This document shows, piece by piece, positions 18,734 to 28,007 of a DNA stretch of 64,000 bases. A program made the position numbers and the translations under genes. This DNA comes from Candidatus Latescibacterota bacterium (lineage in GTDB: Bacteria > Latescibacterota > UBA2968 > GCA-2709665). Location: positions 1,760,001 to 1,824,000 of the forward strand of contig CBDCOX010000002.1 of the NCBI GenBank assembly GCA_965219995.1, in the 5' to 3' direction. Under the pieces are notes generated by a model. That model had not been told where the DNA came from, did no database searches, and was given only the letters and a program-made list of their open reading frames with translations. Every line of letters starts with the position of its first letter. Within the stretch, counting starts at the first letter, position 1.

Positions 18734-20815
18734 ATGAAAAGGACAGGAACTTCGAGCATGATTCTTCTCTTGGTTTCTTTCTTGTTCACACAGTTCACCC
18801 ACGCACAGGACTACAATCGCTGGAGCCTGCCGGAAGGCGCCCGCATGCGGCTGGGCAAAGGCAACGTGCGTGACGTGGCGTGGTCACCGGACCGCACGCT
18901 CCTGGCCGTGGGGGGCAGCGTCGGCATCTGGCTATACGATGCCGAAACCGGGGCGGAAGTTTCCCTGATCACAGGACATTCGTTCAGAGTCAATGCGGTT
19001 GCGTTCTCGCCCGACGGTTTGACGCTGGCTAGTGGCAGCCGCGACGATACGGTGCGGTTGTGGGACGTGGAAACGGGACAGGAAAAAAGCATCCTCACGG
19101 GACATACCTACGACGTCGAGGCTGTGGCATTCTCGCTTGACGGTTTGACGCTGGCAAGCGGCAGTCGCGACGGTACGGTGCGGGTGTGGGATTTGAACAC
19201 AGCGCAGGAGAAACATACCCTGTTAAATGACAAGTACCGGGGTCAATTGAATAAGCCCTGGGTCTATTCTGTGGCATTCTCGCCCGATGGTCTGACGTTG
19301 GCCAGCGCCGGAAACGACTCTACAGTGCGGGTGTGGGACGTGGAAACCGGGCAGGAAAAACACACGCTCACCGGACATACCCATCGGGTCTGGTCGGTGG
19401 CTTATTCACCGGATGGCATGACGCTGGCCAGTGCAAGTCTGGACAGCACGGTGCGGTTGTGGGACGTGGAAACGGGACAGGAACGGAGCATCCTGGAAGG
19501 ACATACCCATCGGGTGTATTCGGTGGTGTATTCGCCCGATGGATCGACGCTGGCAAGCGCCAGCCGGGACAGTACCGTGCGGGTATGGGAGGCGGCCACA
19601 GGACAGGAAAAACACACCCTCACAGGCCATACGTCCAGCGTCCGGTCGGTTGCGTATTCGCAGGACGGGATGACGTTGGCAAGCCGCAGTTACGACAATA
19701 CGGTCCGGACATGGGACGTGGAAACGGGACAGGAGAGTCGCATCCTGCGCCTTACAGGGCATACACAATCTGTAAACTCGGTGGCGTTCTCGCCGGATGG
19801 GACCACGCTGGCAAGCAGCGGTAATGATCCCACCATCCGGTTGTGGGTCGTGTCTACGGGGCAGGTAAAGAGCACTTTCGCAGGACAAGGGTCGGTGGCG
19901 TTCTCGCCGGATGGGACCACGCTGGCAACCGGCGGCGGTCGGGACGGAACGATGCATTTGTGGGAGGCGGACACAGGGCAGGAGAAACACACCCTCACAG
20001 GACATACGTCGTCTGTCGTGTCGGTCGCGTTCTCGCCCGATGGATCGATGCTTGCAAGCGCCGGCGGACGGGATGAAACGGTCCGGGTGTGGGACGTGGC
20101 CACAGGGCAGGAGAAAAACACCCTTACGGGACATACGGCGTCTGTCGTGTCGGTCGCGTTCTCGCCCGATGGATCGACACTTGCAAGCGCCGGCGGTCGG
20201 AACGACAATACGGTGAAGATGTGGGATCCGGCAACCGGGCACGAGAAAAAAACCCTCACAGGACATAACGCCGGGCTCCAGGGAGTGGAGTTTTCGCCCG
20301 ACGGGGCGACGCTTGCAAGCGCCGACTCTCGGGGTACGGTGCGGTTGTGGGACGCGGCCACCGGGCGCGAGAAAAAAACCCTCACGGTACCTGGAGAGAA
20401 TTTCTTTTCGCTGGCGTTTTCACCGGATGGGACAACGCTGGCAACCAGCAGTCCGCACAAGGCGGTGTGGCTGTGGGACGTTGTCACCGGGCAGAATATA
20501 CACGCACTCAGGGGACATACAGATCCGATCTGGTCGGTGGCGTTTTCGCCGGATGGGACGACGCTGGCAAGCGCCAGTTACGACTGTACGATTCTGCTGT
20601 GGGACGTCTCGTCACGTGACGCTCTGCAACCGCTTGCCGCCGACTTCGACGGCAACGGGTCCGTTGGTTTTTCCGACTACCTGCAATTCGTCGCAAAGTA
20701 CGGGCTGAGCTGGGGAGATGCCGGATATGACGCACGCTTCGACCTCGATGGCGACGGCGAGGTAGGGTCCCGCGATTGGTGGATATTCGGTAAAAGCTTC
20801 GGCCAGGGCGGATGA
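18734..20815 (+). CDS. Secreted WD40 double-propeller protein (14 blades) with EF-hand/dockerin-like tail, paralogue 2
   Basis: Same architecture as paralogue 1; 14 WD40 repeats counted. Confidence 0.93.
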   Translation: MKRTGTSSMILLLVSFLFTQFTHAQDYNRWSLPEGARMRLGKGNVRDVAWSPDRTLLAVGGSVGIWLYDAETGAEVSLITGHSFRVNAVAFSPDGLTLASGSRDDTVRLWDVETGQEKSILTGHTYDVEAVAFSLDGLTLASGSRDGTVRVWDLNTAQEKHTLLNDKYRGQLNKPWVYSVAFSPDGLTLASAGNDSTVRVWDVETGQEKHTLTGHTHRVWSVAYSPDGMTLASASLDSTVRLWDVETGQERSILEGHTHRVYSVVYSPDGSTLASASRDSTVRVWEAATGQEKHTLTGHTSSVRSVAYSQDGMTLASRSYDNTVRTWDVETGQESRILRLTGHTQSVNSVAFSPDGTTLASSGNDPTIRLWVVSTGQVKSTFAGQGSVAFSPDGTTLATGGGRDGTMHLWEADTGQEKHTLTGHTSSVVSVAFSPDGSMLASAGGRDETVRVWDVATGQEKNTLTGHTASVVSVAFSPDGSTLASAGGRNDNTVKMWDPATGHEKKTLTGHNAGLQGVEFSPDGATLASADSRGTVRLWDAATGREKKTLTVPGENFFSLAFSPDGTTLATSSPHKAVWLWDVVTGQNIHALRGHTDPIWSVAFSPDGTTLASASYDCTILLWDVSSRDALQPLAADFDGNGSVGFSDYLQFVAKYGLSWGDAGYDARFDLDGDGEVGSRDWWIFGKSFGQGG

Positions 20816-20922
20816 AGCGCGGTCGCCGCCACTCGCTACAGGTCATCACAAGAATCACATCAATCACAGTCTCTTCAAGGGCTTTTAATCAGCTCTTAAT
20901 CACAGTCCGGGAGGGTATTCAG

Positions 20923-23004
20923 ATGAAAAGGACAGGAACTTCGAGCATGACTCTTCTCTTGGTTTCTTTCTTGTTCACACAGTTCACCCACGCACAGGAC
21001 TACAATCGCTGGAGCCTGCCCGAAGGCGCCATAATGCGTCTGGGCAAAGGAAACGTGCTCCGCGTGGCCTGGTCGCCGGATCGTACGCTGCTGGCCGTTG
21101 GCGGCACCGCCGGCATCTGGCTCTACGATTCCCTAACGGGAGAGGAAATTTCCCTGATCACAGGACACTCGTTCAGAGTCAATGCGGTTGCATTCTCGCC
21201 CGATGGTCTGACGCTGGCAAGCGGCAGTCGCGACGATACGGTGCGGTTGTGGGACGTGGAAACGGGACAGGAAATAAGCATCCTCACGGGACATACCTAC
21301 GACGTCGAGGCAGTGGCTTTCTCGCCGGACGGGACGACCCTGGCAAGCGGGAGTCGGGACGGTACGGTGCGGGTATGGGACGTGGCCACACGGCAGGAGA
21401 AACATACCCTCTTGAACGAAAGCTACCAGGCGTGGGATAGTCCCTGGGTCCTTTCGGTAGCGTTTTCGCCAGATGGCCTGACGCTTGCAAGCGCCAGTCT
21501 TGACACTACGGTGCGTGTGTGGAACGTGACCACAGGGCGGGAACAACACGCACTAAGAGGACATACCAGGAGGATACGCTCTCTGGTGTTTTCATCTGAC
21601 GGATTGACGCTGGCAAGCGCCGGAAACGACAGTACCGTGCGGCTGTGGGACGTGGAAACGGGACAGGAAGAGCGCTCCCTGAAAGGACATACCCACGTGG
21701 TGAATTCGGTGGTGTATTCGCCGGATGGATCGACACTGGCAAGCGGCGGTTGGGACAATGCGGTACGGTTATGGGACACGGCCACCGGACAGGAGAAAAG
21801 CACCCTCACAGGTCATACCCGCGGGGTCCGTTCGGCTGTATTTTCTCCAGATGGGATGACGCTGACGAGCGCCGGTTGGGACAATACGGTGCGACAGTGG
21901 GACGTGGAAACGGGACACGAGCAAAGCACCCTCACCCTTACCCTCACGGGACATTCCCGTGAAGTACATGCGGTGGCGTTCTCTCCGGACGGCAAGACGC
22001 TTGCAAGCGGCAGTTGGGACAGGACTGTGCGGTTGTGGGACGTGGTCACAGGGCAGGAGAACAACACCCTTACGGGACATACCAGTTCGGTCAGGTCGGT
22101 GGCGTTTTCGCCGGATGGCAAGACGCTGGCAAGTGGCGGTTTCGACAGGACCGTACGGTTGTGGGACGTGGCCACAGGGCAGGAGAACAACACCCTCACG
22201 GGACACACCGGTCGGGTCGGGGCGGTTGCGTTTTCTCCAAATGGGGCGACGCTTGCAAGCGCCGATGGCGACGGTGAGGTGCGGTTGTGGGACGTGGCCA
22301 CCGGACAGGAACAGCACGCCCTCACGGGACATTCGGATATTGTCTATTCGGTGGCGTTTTCTCCGGATGGCAGAACGCTGGCAAGTTCCAGCGGGGACAG
22401 CACGGTGCGGTTATGGGATACGGCCACCTGGCAGGAAAGAAACACCCTTTCAGGGCATTCACGTTGGATCCATTCGGTGGCATTTTCACCCGATGGGGCG
22501 ACGTTGGCAAGCGCCGATGGCAACGGTACGGTGCGGCTATGGGACGTGGCCGCAGGTCAGCACATACGCGCCCTCACGTCCGGAGATAATTTCTGGTCGG
22601 TGGCGTTTTCGCCGGATGGAACAACGCTGGCAACCGGCAGTCCGTTCAAGGCGGTGTGGTTGTGGGACGTGGCCACCGGGCAGGACATACGCACACTTAC
22701 TGGACATACCGATCCGGTTAGATCAGTGGTTTTTTCGCCGGATGGGACCACGCTGGCAAGCGGCAGTTACGACTGTACAATTTTTCTGTGGGATGTCTCG
22801 TCACGTGCCTCACTGCAAGCCCTTGCCGCCGACTTCGACGGCGACGGAACCGTGGGTTTTTCCGACTACCTGCAATTCGTAGCGAAATACCGGCTGAGCT
22901 GGGGAGATGCGGGATACGACGCGCGCTTCGACCTGGATGGCGACGGTGAGATCAGCTCCGCCGATTGGTCGATATTCAGAAAAAGCTTCGGCCGGGGTGG
23001 ATGA
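20923..23004 (+). CDS. Secreted WD40 double-propeller protein (14 blades) with EF-hand/dockerin-like tail, paralogue 3
   Basis: ATG 20923 follows the conserved leader/RBS; signal peptide nearly identical to paralogue 2. Confidence 0.93.
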   Translation: MKRTGTSSMTLLLVSFLFTQFTHAQDYNRWSLPEGAIMRLGKGNVLRVAWSPDRTLLAVGGTAGIWLYDSLTGEEISLITGHSFRVNAVAFSPDGLTLASGSRDDTVRLWDVETGQEISILTGHTYDVEAVAFSPDGTTLASGSRDGTVRVWDVATRQEKHTLLNESYQAWDSPWVLSVAFSPDGLTLASASLDTTVRVWNVTTGREQHALRGHTRRIRSLVFSSDGLTLASAGNDSTVRLWDVETGQEERSLKGHTHVVNSVVYSPDGSTLASGGWDNAVRLWDTATGQEKSTLTGHTRGVRSAVFSPDGMTLTSAGWDNTVRQWDVETGHEQSTLTLTLTGHSREVHAVAFSPDGKTLASGSWDRTVRLWDVVTGQENNTLTGHTSSVRSVAFSPDGKTLASGGFDRTVRLWDVATGQENNTLTGHTGRVGAVAFSPNGATLASADGDGEVRLWDVATGQEQHALTGHSDIVYSVAFSPDGRTLASSSGDSTVRLWDTATWQERNTLSGHSRWIHSVAFSPDGATLASADGNGTVRLWDVAAGQHIRALTSGDNFWSVAFSPDGTTLATGSPFKAVWLWDVATGQDIRTLTGHTDPVRSVVFSPDGTTLASGSYDCTIFLWDVSSRASLQALAADFDGDGTVGFSDYLQFVAKYRLSWGDAGYDARFDLDGDGEISSADWSIFRKSFGRGG

Positions 23005-23121
23005 GGCGCACGTGCCGTCACTCCCTCCAGGTCATTACACGAACCACATCAAACACAGTCTCTTCATGGGTTTTAATCAGCTTTTAATCAGCTCACAATC
23101 ACAGTCCGGGAGGGTATTTAG

Positions 23122-25224
23122 ATGAAAAGGCTAACGATTTTGGGCCTCATTTTTCTCTCGACGTCTGCCTTGTTTGCACAGAACACCCACGCACAGGACT
23201 ACAATCGCTGGAGCCTGCCAGAAGGCGCCATTATGCGTCTGGGCAAAGGGTACGTGTGGGACGTGGCATGGTCGCCGGACCGCACGCGCCTGGCCGTCGG
23301 GGGTACCGCCGGCATCTGGGTCTACGATGCGAGCACCGGAGAGGAAGTTTCCCTGATCACTGGACATTCCTTCAGAGTCAATGCCGTTGCGTTTTCACCC
23401 GATGGTCTGACGCTGGCGAGCGGCAGTCGGGACGATACGGTGCGGTTGTGGGACGTAGCCACAGGACAGGAAAAAAGCATCCTCACGGGACACAGGTACG
23501 ACGTCGAGGCGGTGACATTCTCGCCGGATGGGGCGACGCTGGCAAGCGGCAGTCGCGACGGCACGGTGCGGGTGTGGGACGTGGACACAGGGCAGCAAAA
23601 ACACAGGCTAATCAATGAAAAGTACCCGGACAGGTTGAGTAACCCCTGGGTCGTGTCCGTGGTGTTTTCTCCCGATGGTCTGACGCTTGCAAGCGCCAAT
23701 CGGGACACGACGGTGCGGGTATGGGACGTGGAAACGGGGCAGGAAAAACACACCCTCACACAACATACGGGGAGGGCACTCTCGGTGGCTTTCTCGCCAG
23801 ACGGGATGACGCTGGCCAGTGCAGGCCAGGACAGTACGGTGCGGGTATGGGACGCGGCAACGGGGCAGGAAAAACACACCCTCACACAACATACCCATTG
23901 GGTGTATTCGGTGGTGTATTCGCCGGATGGGGCGACGCTGGCAAGCGCCAGCCGGGACAGTACCGTACGGGTGTGGGACGCGGACACAGGACAGGAGAGG
24001 AGTATCCTCACAGGACATACGTCCAGCGTCAGATCGGTTGCGTATTCACAGGATGGAGTGACGCTGGCAACCCGCAGTTTCGACAGTTCGGCGCGGGCGT
24101 GGACGGTGCGGGTGTGGGACGTGGATACGGGGCAGGAGAAAAGCACCCTCACCCTCACAGGGCATACGTGGTCTGCCAATTCGGTGGTGTATTCGCCGGA
24201 TGGGACGATGCTGGCAAGCGGCAGTAACGACAATACGGTGCGGTTATGGGACGTGGACACAGGGCAGCATATACGCACCTTCGAAGGACATACCCGTGGT
24301 GTCGGTCCGGTGGCGTTTTCGCCGGATGGGACGACCCTGGCAAGCGGTGGCGGCTATCGGGACCCAACGGTGTGGTTGTGGGACGTGGACACAGGGCAGG
24401 AGAAGAATACCCTCACAGGACATACGGCGTCTGTCGAGTCGGTGGCGTTCTCGCCGGACGGGAAAACGCTGGCAAGCGCGGGCGGTCGGGACGAAACCGT
24501 GCGGTTGTGGGACGCGGCCACAGGACAGGAGAAAGACACCCTCACGGGACATACGGCGTCTGTCTCGTGGGTGGTGTATTCGCCCGACGGATCGACGCTT
24601 GCAAGCGCCAGTTACGACCATACCGTGAAGTTGTGGGATTCGGCAACCGGGCAGGAGAAGAACACCCTTACAGGACATAACGAAGCGATCCATGCGGTGG
24701 TGTTTTCGCCCGACGGGAAAACGCTTGCAAGCGCCGATACTGACGGTACGGTGCGGTTGTGGGACGCGGACACAGGGCAGCACATACGCGAACTCGCCAG
24801 CGGCGATAACTTCTGGACGCTGGCGTATTCGCCGGATGGGATGACGCTGGCAACCGGCAGTCCGTTCAAGGCGGTGTGGCTGTGGGACGTACCCTCAGGG
24901 CAGAATATACGCGCCCTCACGGGACATACTGATCCGATCAACTCGGTGGTGTTCTCGCCGGATGGCAGAACGCTGGCAAGCGCCAGTTACGACTGTACGA
25001 TTCTCTTGTGGGATGTCTCGTCACGTGCCGCTCTGCAACCCCTTGTCGCCGACTTCGACGGCGACGGGTCCGTGAGCTTTTCCGACTTTCTGCAATTCGC
25101 CGCGAAGTTCGGGCTGAGCTGGGGAGACGCGGGATTTGACGAACGCTTTGACCTGGACAACGACGGGGATATCGGGTATCCCGATTGGTCGATCTTGCAA
25201 AAAAGCTTTGGCCGGGGCGGATGA
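23122..25224 (+). CDS. Secreted WD40 double-propeller protein (14 blades) with EF-hand/dockerin-like tail, paralogue 4
   Basis: Same architecture as the other paralogues. Confidence 0.93.
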   Translation: MKRLTILGLIFLSTSALFAQNTHAQDYNRWSLPEGAIMRLGKGYVWDVAWSPDRTRLAVGGTAGIWVYDASTGEEVSLITGHSFRVNAVAFSPDGLTLASGSRDDTVRLWDVATGQEKSILTGHRYDVEAVTFSPDGATLASGSRDGTVRVWDVDTGQQKHRLINEKYPDRLSNPWVVSVVFSPDGLTLASANRDTTVRVWDVETGQEKHTLTQHTGRALSVAFSPDGMTLASAGQDSTVRVWDAATGQEKHTLTQHTHWVYSVVYSPDGATLASASRDSTVRVWDADTGQERSILTGHTSSVRSVAYSQDGVTLATRSFDSSARAWTVRVWDVDTGQEKSTLTLTGHTWSANSVVYSPDGTMLASGSNDNTVRLWDVDTGQHIRTFEGHTRGVGPVAFSPDGTTLASGGGYRDPTVWLWDVDTGQEKNTLTGHTASVESVAFSPDGKTLASAGGRDETVRLWDAATGQEKDTLTGHTASVSWVVYSPDGSTLASASYDHTVKLWDSATGQEKNTLTGHNEAIHAVVFSPDGKTLASADTDGTVRLWDADTGQHIRELASGDNFWTLAYSPDGMTLATGSPFKAVWLWDVPSGQNIRALTGHTDPINSVVFSPDGRTLASASYDCTILLWDVSSRAALQPLVADFDGDGSVSFSDFLQFAAKFGLSWGDAGFDERFDLDNDGDIGYPDWSILQKSFGRGG

Positions 25225-25377
25225 TGCGAACAAACGGTATCGGAAACCTGTCGCTCCAGATGTGCATTAAGGCAGGTTACCCACTCCTTCGGATGTGTTC
25301 GTGGGATGAGAGTTGAAGTCATAACAGACGTCTGTACTTACAATCTATCGATCACCTAATCTGGCTGCGTCCGGGAA

Positions 25378-25565
25378 GGAGGTGATATCGGAGTCCACGT
25401 CGAGGAGAGTCAGATTGTTGTACGTCTGCTTCAACGCGATGATCGCCGTCACAAGTGGTTATGCCGACCACGGATCGGATCGCGTTCTGAAAGGAGGTGA
25501 TATTGGAATCCACGTCGTTAGACGTCTTACCGCTGTATGCCTAAGTAAGAACTACGTGTCGGAGC
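25378..25565 (+). repeat. Twin GGAGGTGAT..CCACG..TGTA units, copy 2 (unit starts 25378 and 25493)
   Basis: ggaggtgatatcggagtccacgtcg and ggaggtgatattggaatccacgtcg lie 115 bp apart; first unit aligns without gaps to the 15250 unit over ~85 nt. Confidence 0.75.
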
Positions 25566-25752
25566 AAGTGGTGAACGGAAACGCTGCGCTATATAAGGTA
25601 TCGAACAATGCCGCTGACCCGTGAAAAACTTGCCTCTACGCATCGTCCTCACTCGCTCCAGGTCATCACAAGAATCACATCAGACACAGTCCCTTCATGT
25701 GTTTTAATCCGCCTTTAATCAGCTCTTAATCACAGTCCGGGAGGGTATTCAG

Positions 25753-27843
25753 ATGAAAAAGTCAACGATTCTGACCGTCACTCTTATTGTGTCAGCGGCT
25801 CTGTATGCGCAAAACACCCACGCGCAGGACTACAATCGCTGGCGCCTGCCGGAAGGGGCCCTCATGCGTCTGGGCAAAGGGACCGTGCTAAACGTGGCAT
25901 GGTCGCCGGACCGCACGCGCCTCGCCGTCGGGGGTTCCGTCGGGATCTGGCTCTACGATGCCCGAACGGGGGAGGAAATGTCCCTGATCACAGGACATTC
26001 GTTCAGAGTCAACGCGGTTGCGTTTTCGCCTGACGGCCTGACGCTGGCGAGCGGCAGTCGCGACGATACCGTGCGGTTGTGGGACGTGGAAACCGGGCAG
26101 GAAAAGAGCATTCTCACGGGACACAGGTACGACGTCGAGGCAGTGGCATTCTCACCGGATGGGACGATGCTGGCAAGCGGCAGTCGCGACGGTACGGTGC
26201 GGTTGTGGGACGTGGAGGCAAGTCAGGAGAAAAGCACCCTCGTCAATGAAAAGTACCGGGGCAACTTGAATAGCCCCTGGGTCGTGTCCGTGGTGTTTTC
26301 GCCCGATGGGGCGACGCTGGCAAGCGCCAGCCGGGACAGTACCGTGCGGGTGTGGGACGTGGCCACAGGGCAGGAAAAACACACGCTCACGGCACATACC
26401 CATGAGGTTTGGTCGGTGGCTTTTTCGCCGGACGGAATGACGCTGGCCAGTGGGGGTCGGGACAATACGGTGCGGGTGTGGGACGTGGAAACGGGACAGG
26501 AAAAGTTCACCTTGGACGGGCATACCCATTGGGTGTATTCAGTGGTGTTTTCGCCCGACGGGTTGACTCTGGCAAGCGCCAGTCGGGACAGTACGGTCCG
26601 GATGTGGGACGCGGTGGCGGGGCGTGAGAAAAATACCCTCACTGGGCATAAGTCCAGAGTCCAGTCGGTTGCGTATTCGCAGGACGGGAGGACCCTGGCA
26701 AGCCGCAGTTTCGACAATGCGGTGCGGGTATGGGACGTGGACACTGGGCAGGAAAGAAGCACCCTCACCCTCACAGGGCACACTTCCTCTGTCAATTCCG
26801 TGGTGTATTCGCCGGATGGGACGATGCTGGCAAGCGGCAGTAACGATCGTACGGTGCGGCTATGGGACGTGGACACCGGGCAGGATATACGCACCTTCAC
26901 GGGACATACCCGTGGGGTCAGTTCGGTGGCATTTTCGCCGGATGGGTCGACCCTGGCAAGTGGTGCCGGCTATCGGGATGACACGGTGCGGTTGTGGAAC
27001 GCGGCCACAGGGCAGGAGAAAGACACCCTCGAAGGACATACGGGCGCCGTAAGGACTGTGGCGTTTTCGCCGGATGGGTCGACCCTGGCAAGTGGTGGCG
27101 GCTTTCGGGATGAAACGTTGCGGGTGTGGAACGTGGCCACAGGGCAGGAGAAATACACCCTCACAGCACATACCGATGATGTCTCTTCGGTGGCGTTTTC
27201 CCCCGATGGTCAGACCCTGGCAAGCGCAAGTCACGACCAGACGGTGCGATTGTGGGATCCGGCAACCGGGCAAGAAAAATTCACCCTCACAGATCATACC
27301 CGGGCGATCCAGGGGGTGGCGTTCTCGTCCGATGGGGCAATGCTGGCAAGCGCCGATATCAGAGGTACGGTGCGGGTGTGGGACGTGGCGACCGGTCAGC
27401 ATTTGCGCGCCCTCACAGGCGGCGATAATTTCTGGTCGGTGGCGTTTTCGCCGGATGGGACCACGCTGGCAACCGGCAGTCCGTACAAGGCGGTGTGGTT
27501 GTGGGACCTGGCCACGGGGCAGAATATACGCGCCCTCACGGGACATACCGATCCGATCAATTCAGTTGTGTTTTCGCCCGATGGCAGAACGCTTGCAAGC
27601 GCGAGTTACGACGGTACGATTCTGCTGTGGGATGTCTCGTCACGTGCCACGCTGCAGCCCCTTGCCGCCGACTTCGACGGCGACGGCACCGTGGGCTTTA
27701 CCGACTTTCTGCAATTCGTCGCGAAGTATGGGCTGCGCTGGGGAGATGCGGGATATGACTCGCGTTTCGACCTTGACGGCGATGGAGAGGTCGGGTCCTG
27801 GGATTGGCGGATCTTCGGCCAAAGCTTCGGCAGGAGTAACTGA
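25753..27843 (+). CDS. Secreted WD40 double-propeller protein (14 blades) with EF-hand/dockerin-like tail, paralogue 5
   Basis: Same architecture as the other paralogues. Confidence 0.93.
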   Translation: MKKSTILTVTLIVSAALYAQNTHAQDYNRWRLPEGALMRLGKGTVLNVAWSPDRTRLAVGGSVGIWLYDARTGEEMSLITGHSFRVNAVAFSPDGLTLASGSRDDTVRLWDVETGQEKSILTGHRYDVEAVAFSPDGTMLASGSRDGTVRLWDVEASQEKSTLVNEKYRGNLNSPWVVSVVFSPDGATLASASRDSTVRVWDVATGQEKHTLTAHTHEVWSVAFSPDGMTLASGGRDNTVRVWDVETGQEKFTLDGHTHWVYSVVFSPDGLTLASASRDSTVRMWDAVAGREKNTLTGHKSRVQSVAYSQDGRTLASRSFDNAVRVWDVDTGQERSTLTLTGHTSSVNSVVYSPDGTMLASGSNDRTVRLWDVDTGQDIRTFTGHTRGVSSVAFSPDGSTLASGAGYRDDTVRLWNAATGQEKDTLEGHTGAVRTVAFSPDGSTLASGGGFRDETLRVWNVATGQEKYTLTAHTDDVSSVAFSPDGQTLASASHDQTVRLWDPATGQEKFTLTDHTRAIQGVAFSSDGAMLASADIRGTVRVWDVATGQHLRALTGGDNFWSVAFSPDGTTLATGSPYKAVWLWDLATGQNIRALTGHTDPINSVVFSPDGRTLASASYDGTILLWDVSSRATLQPLAADFDGDGTVGFTDFLQFVAKYGLRWGDAGYDSRFDLDGDGEVGSWDWRIFGQSFGRSN

Positions 27844-28007
27844 AGCGAACAATCGGTGTAGGAAACAGGTACCGCCAATTGTCTCCACGAATCCATCACT
27901 CGGTTCAGGTCGTCAACAAACTCACATCAAACACTGTCTATTCGTGCCGTTAAATCATAGTCAATCCCTCGTAATCAAAGTCAATCATCGTCAGGGAGGG
28001 CATTCAG

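Noticed and set aside
25382-25624. 80-aa ORF in the gene 4-5 spacer
   Set aside because: Its GTG lies inside the SD-like motif itself, and the frame is not preserved in the homologous 15250 module (116 versus 115 bp spacing).
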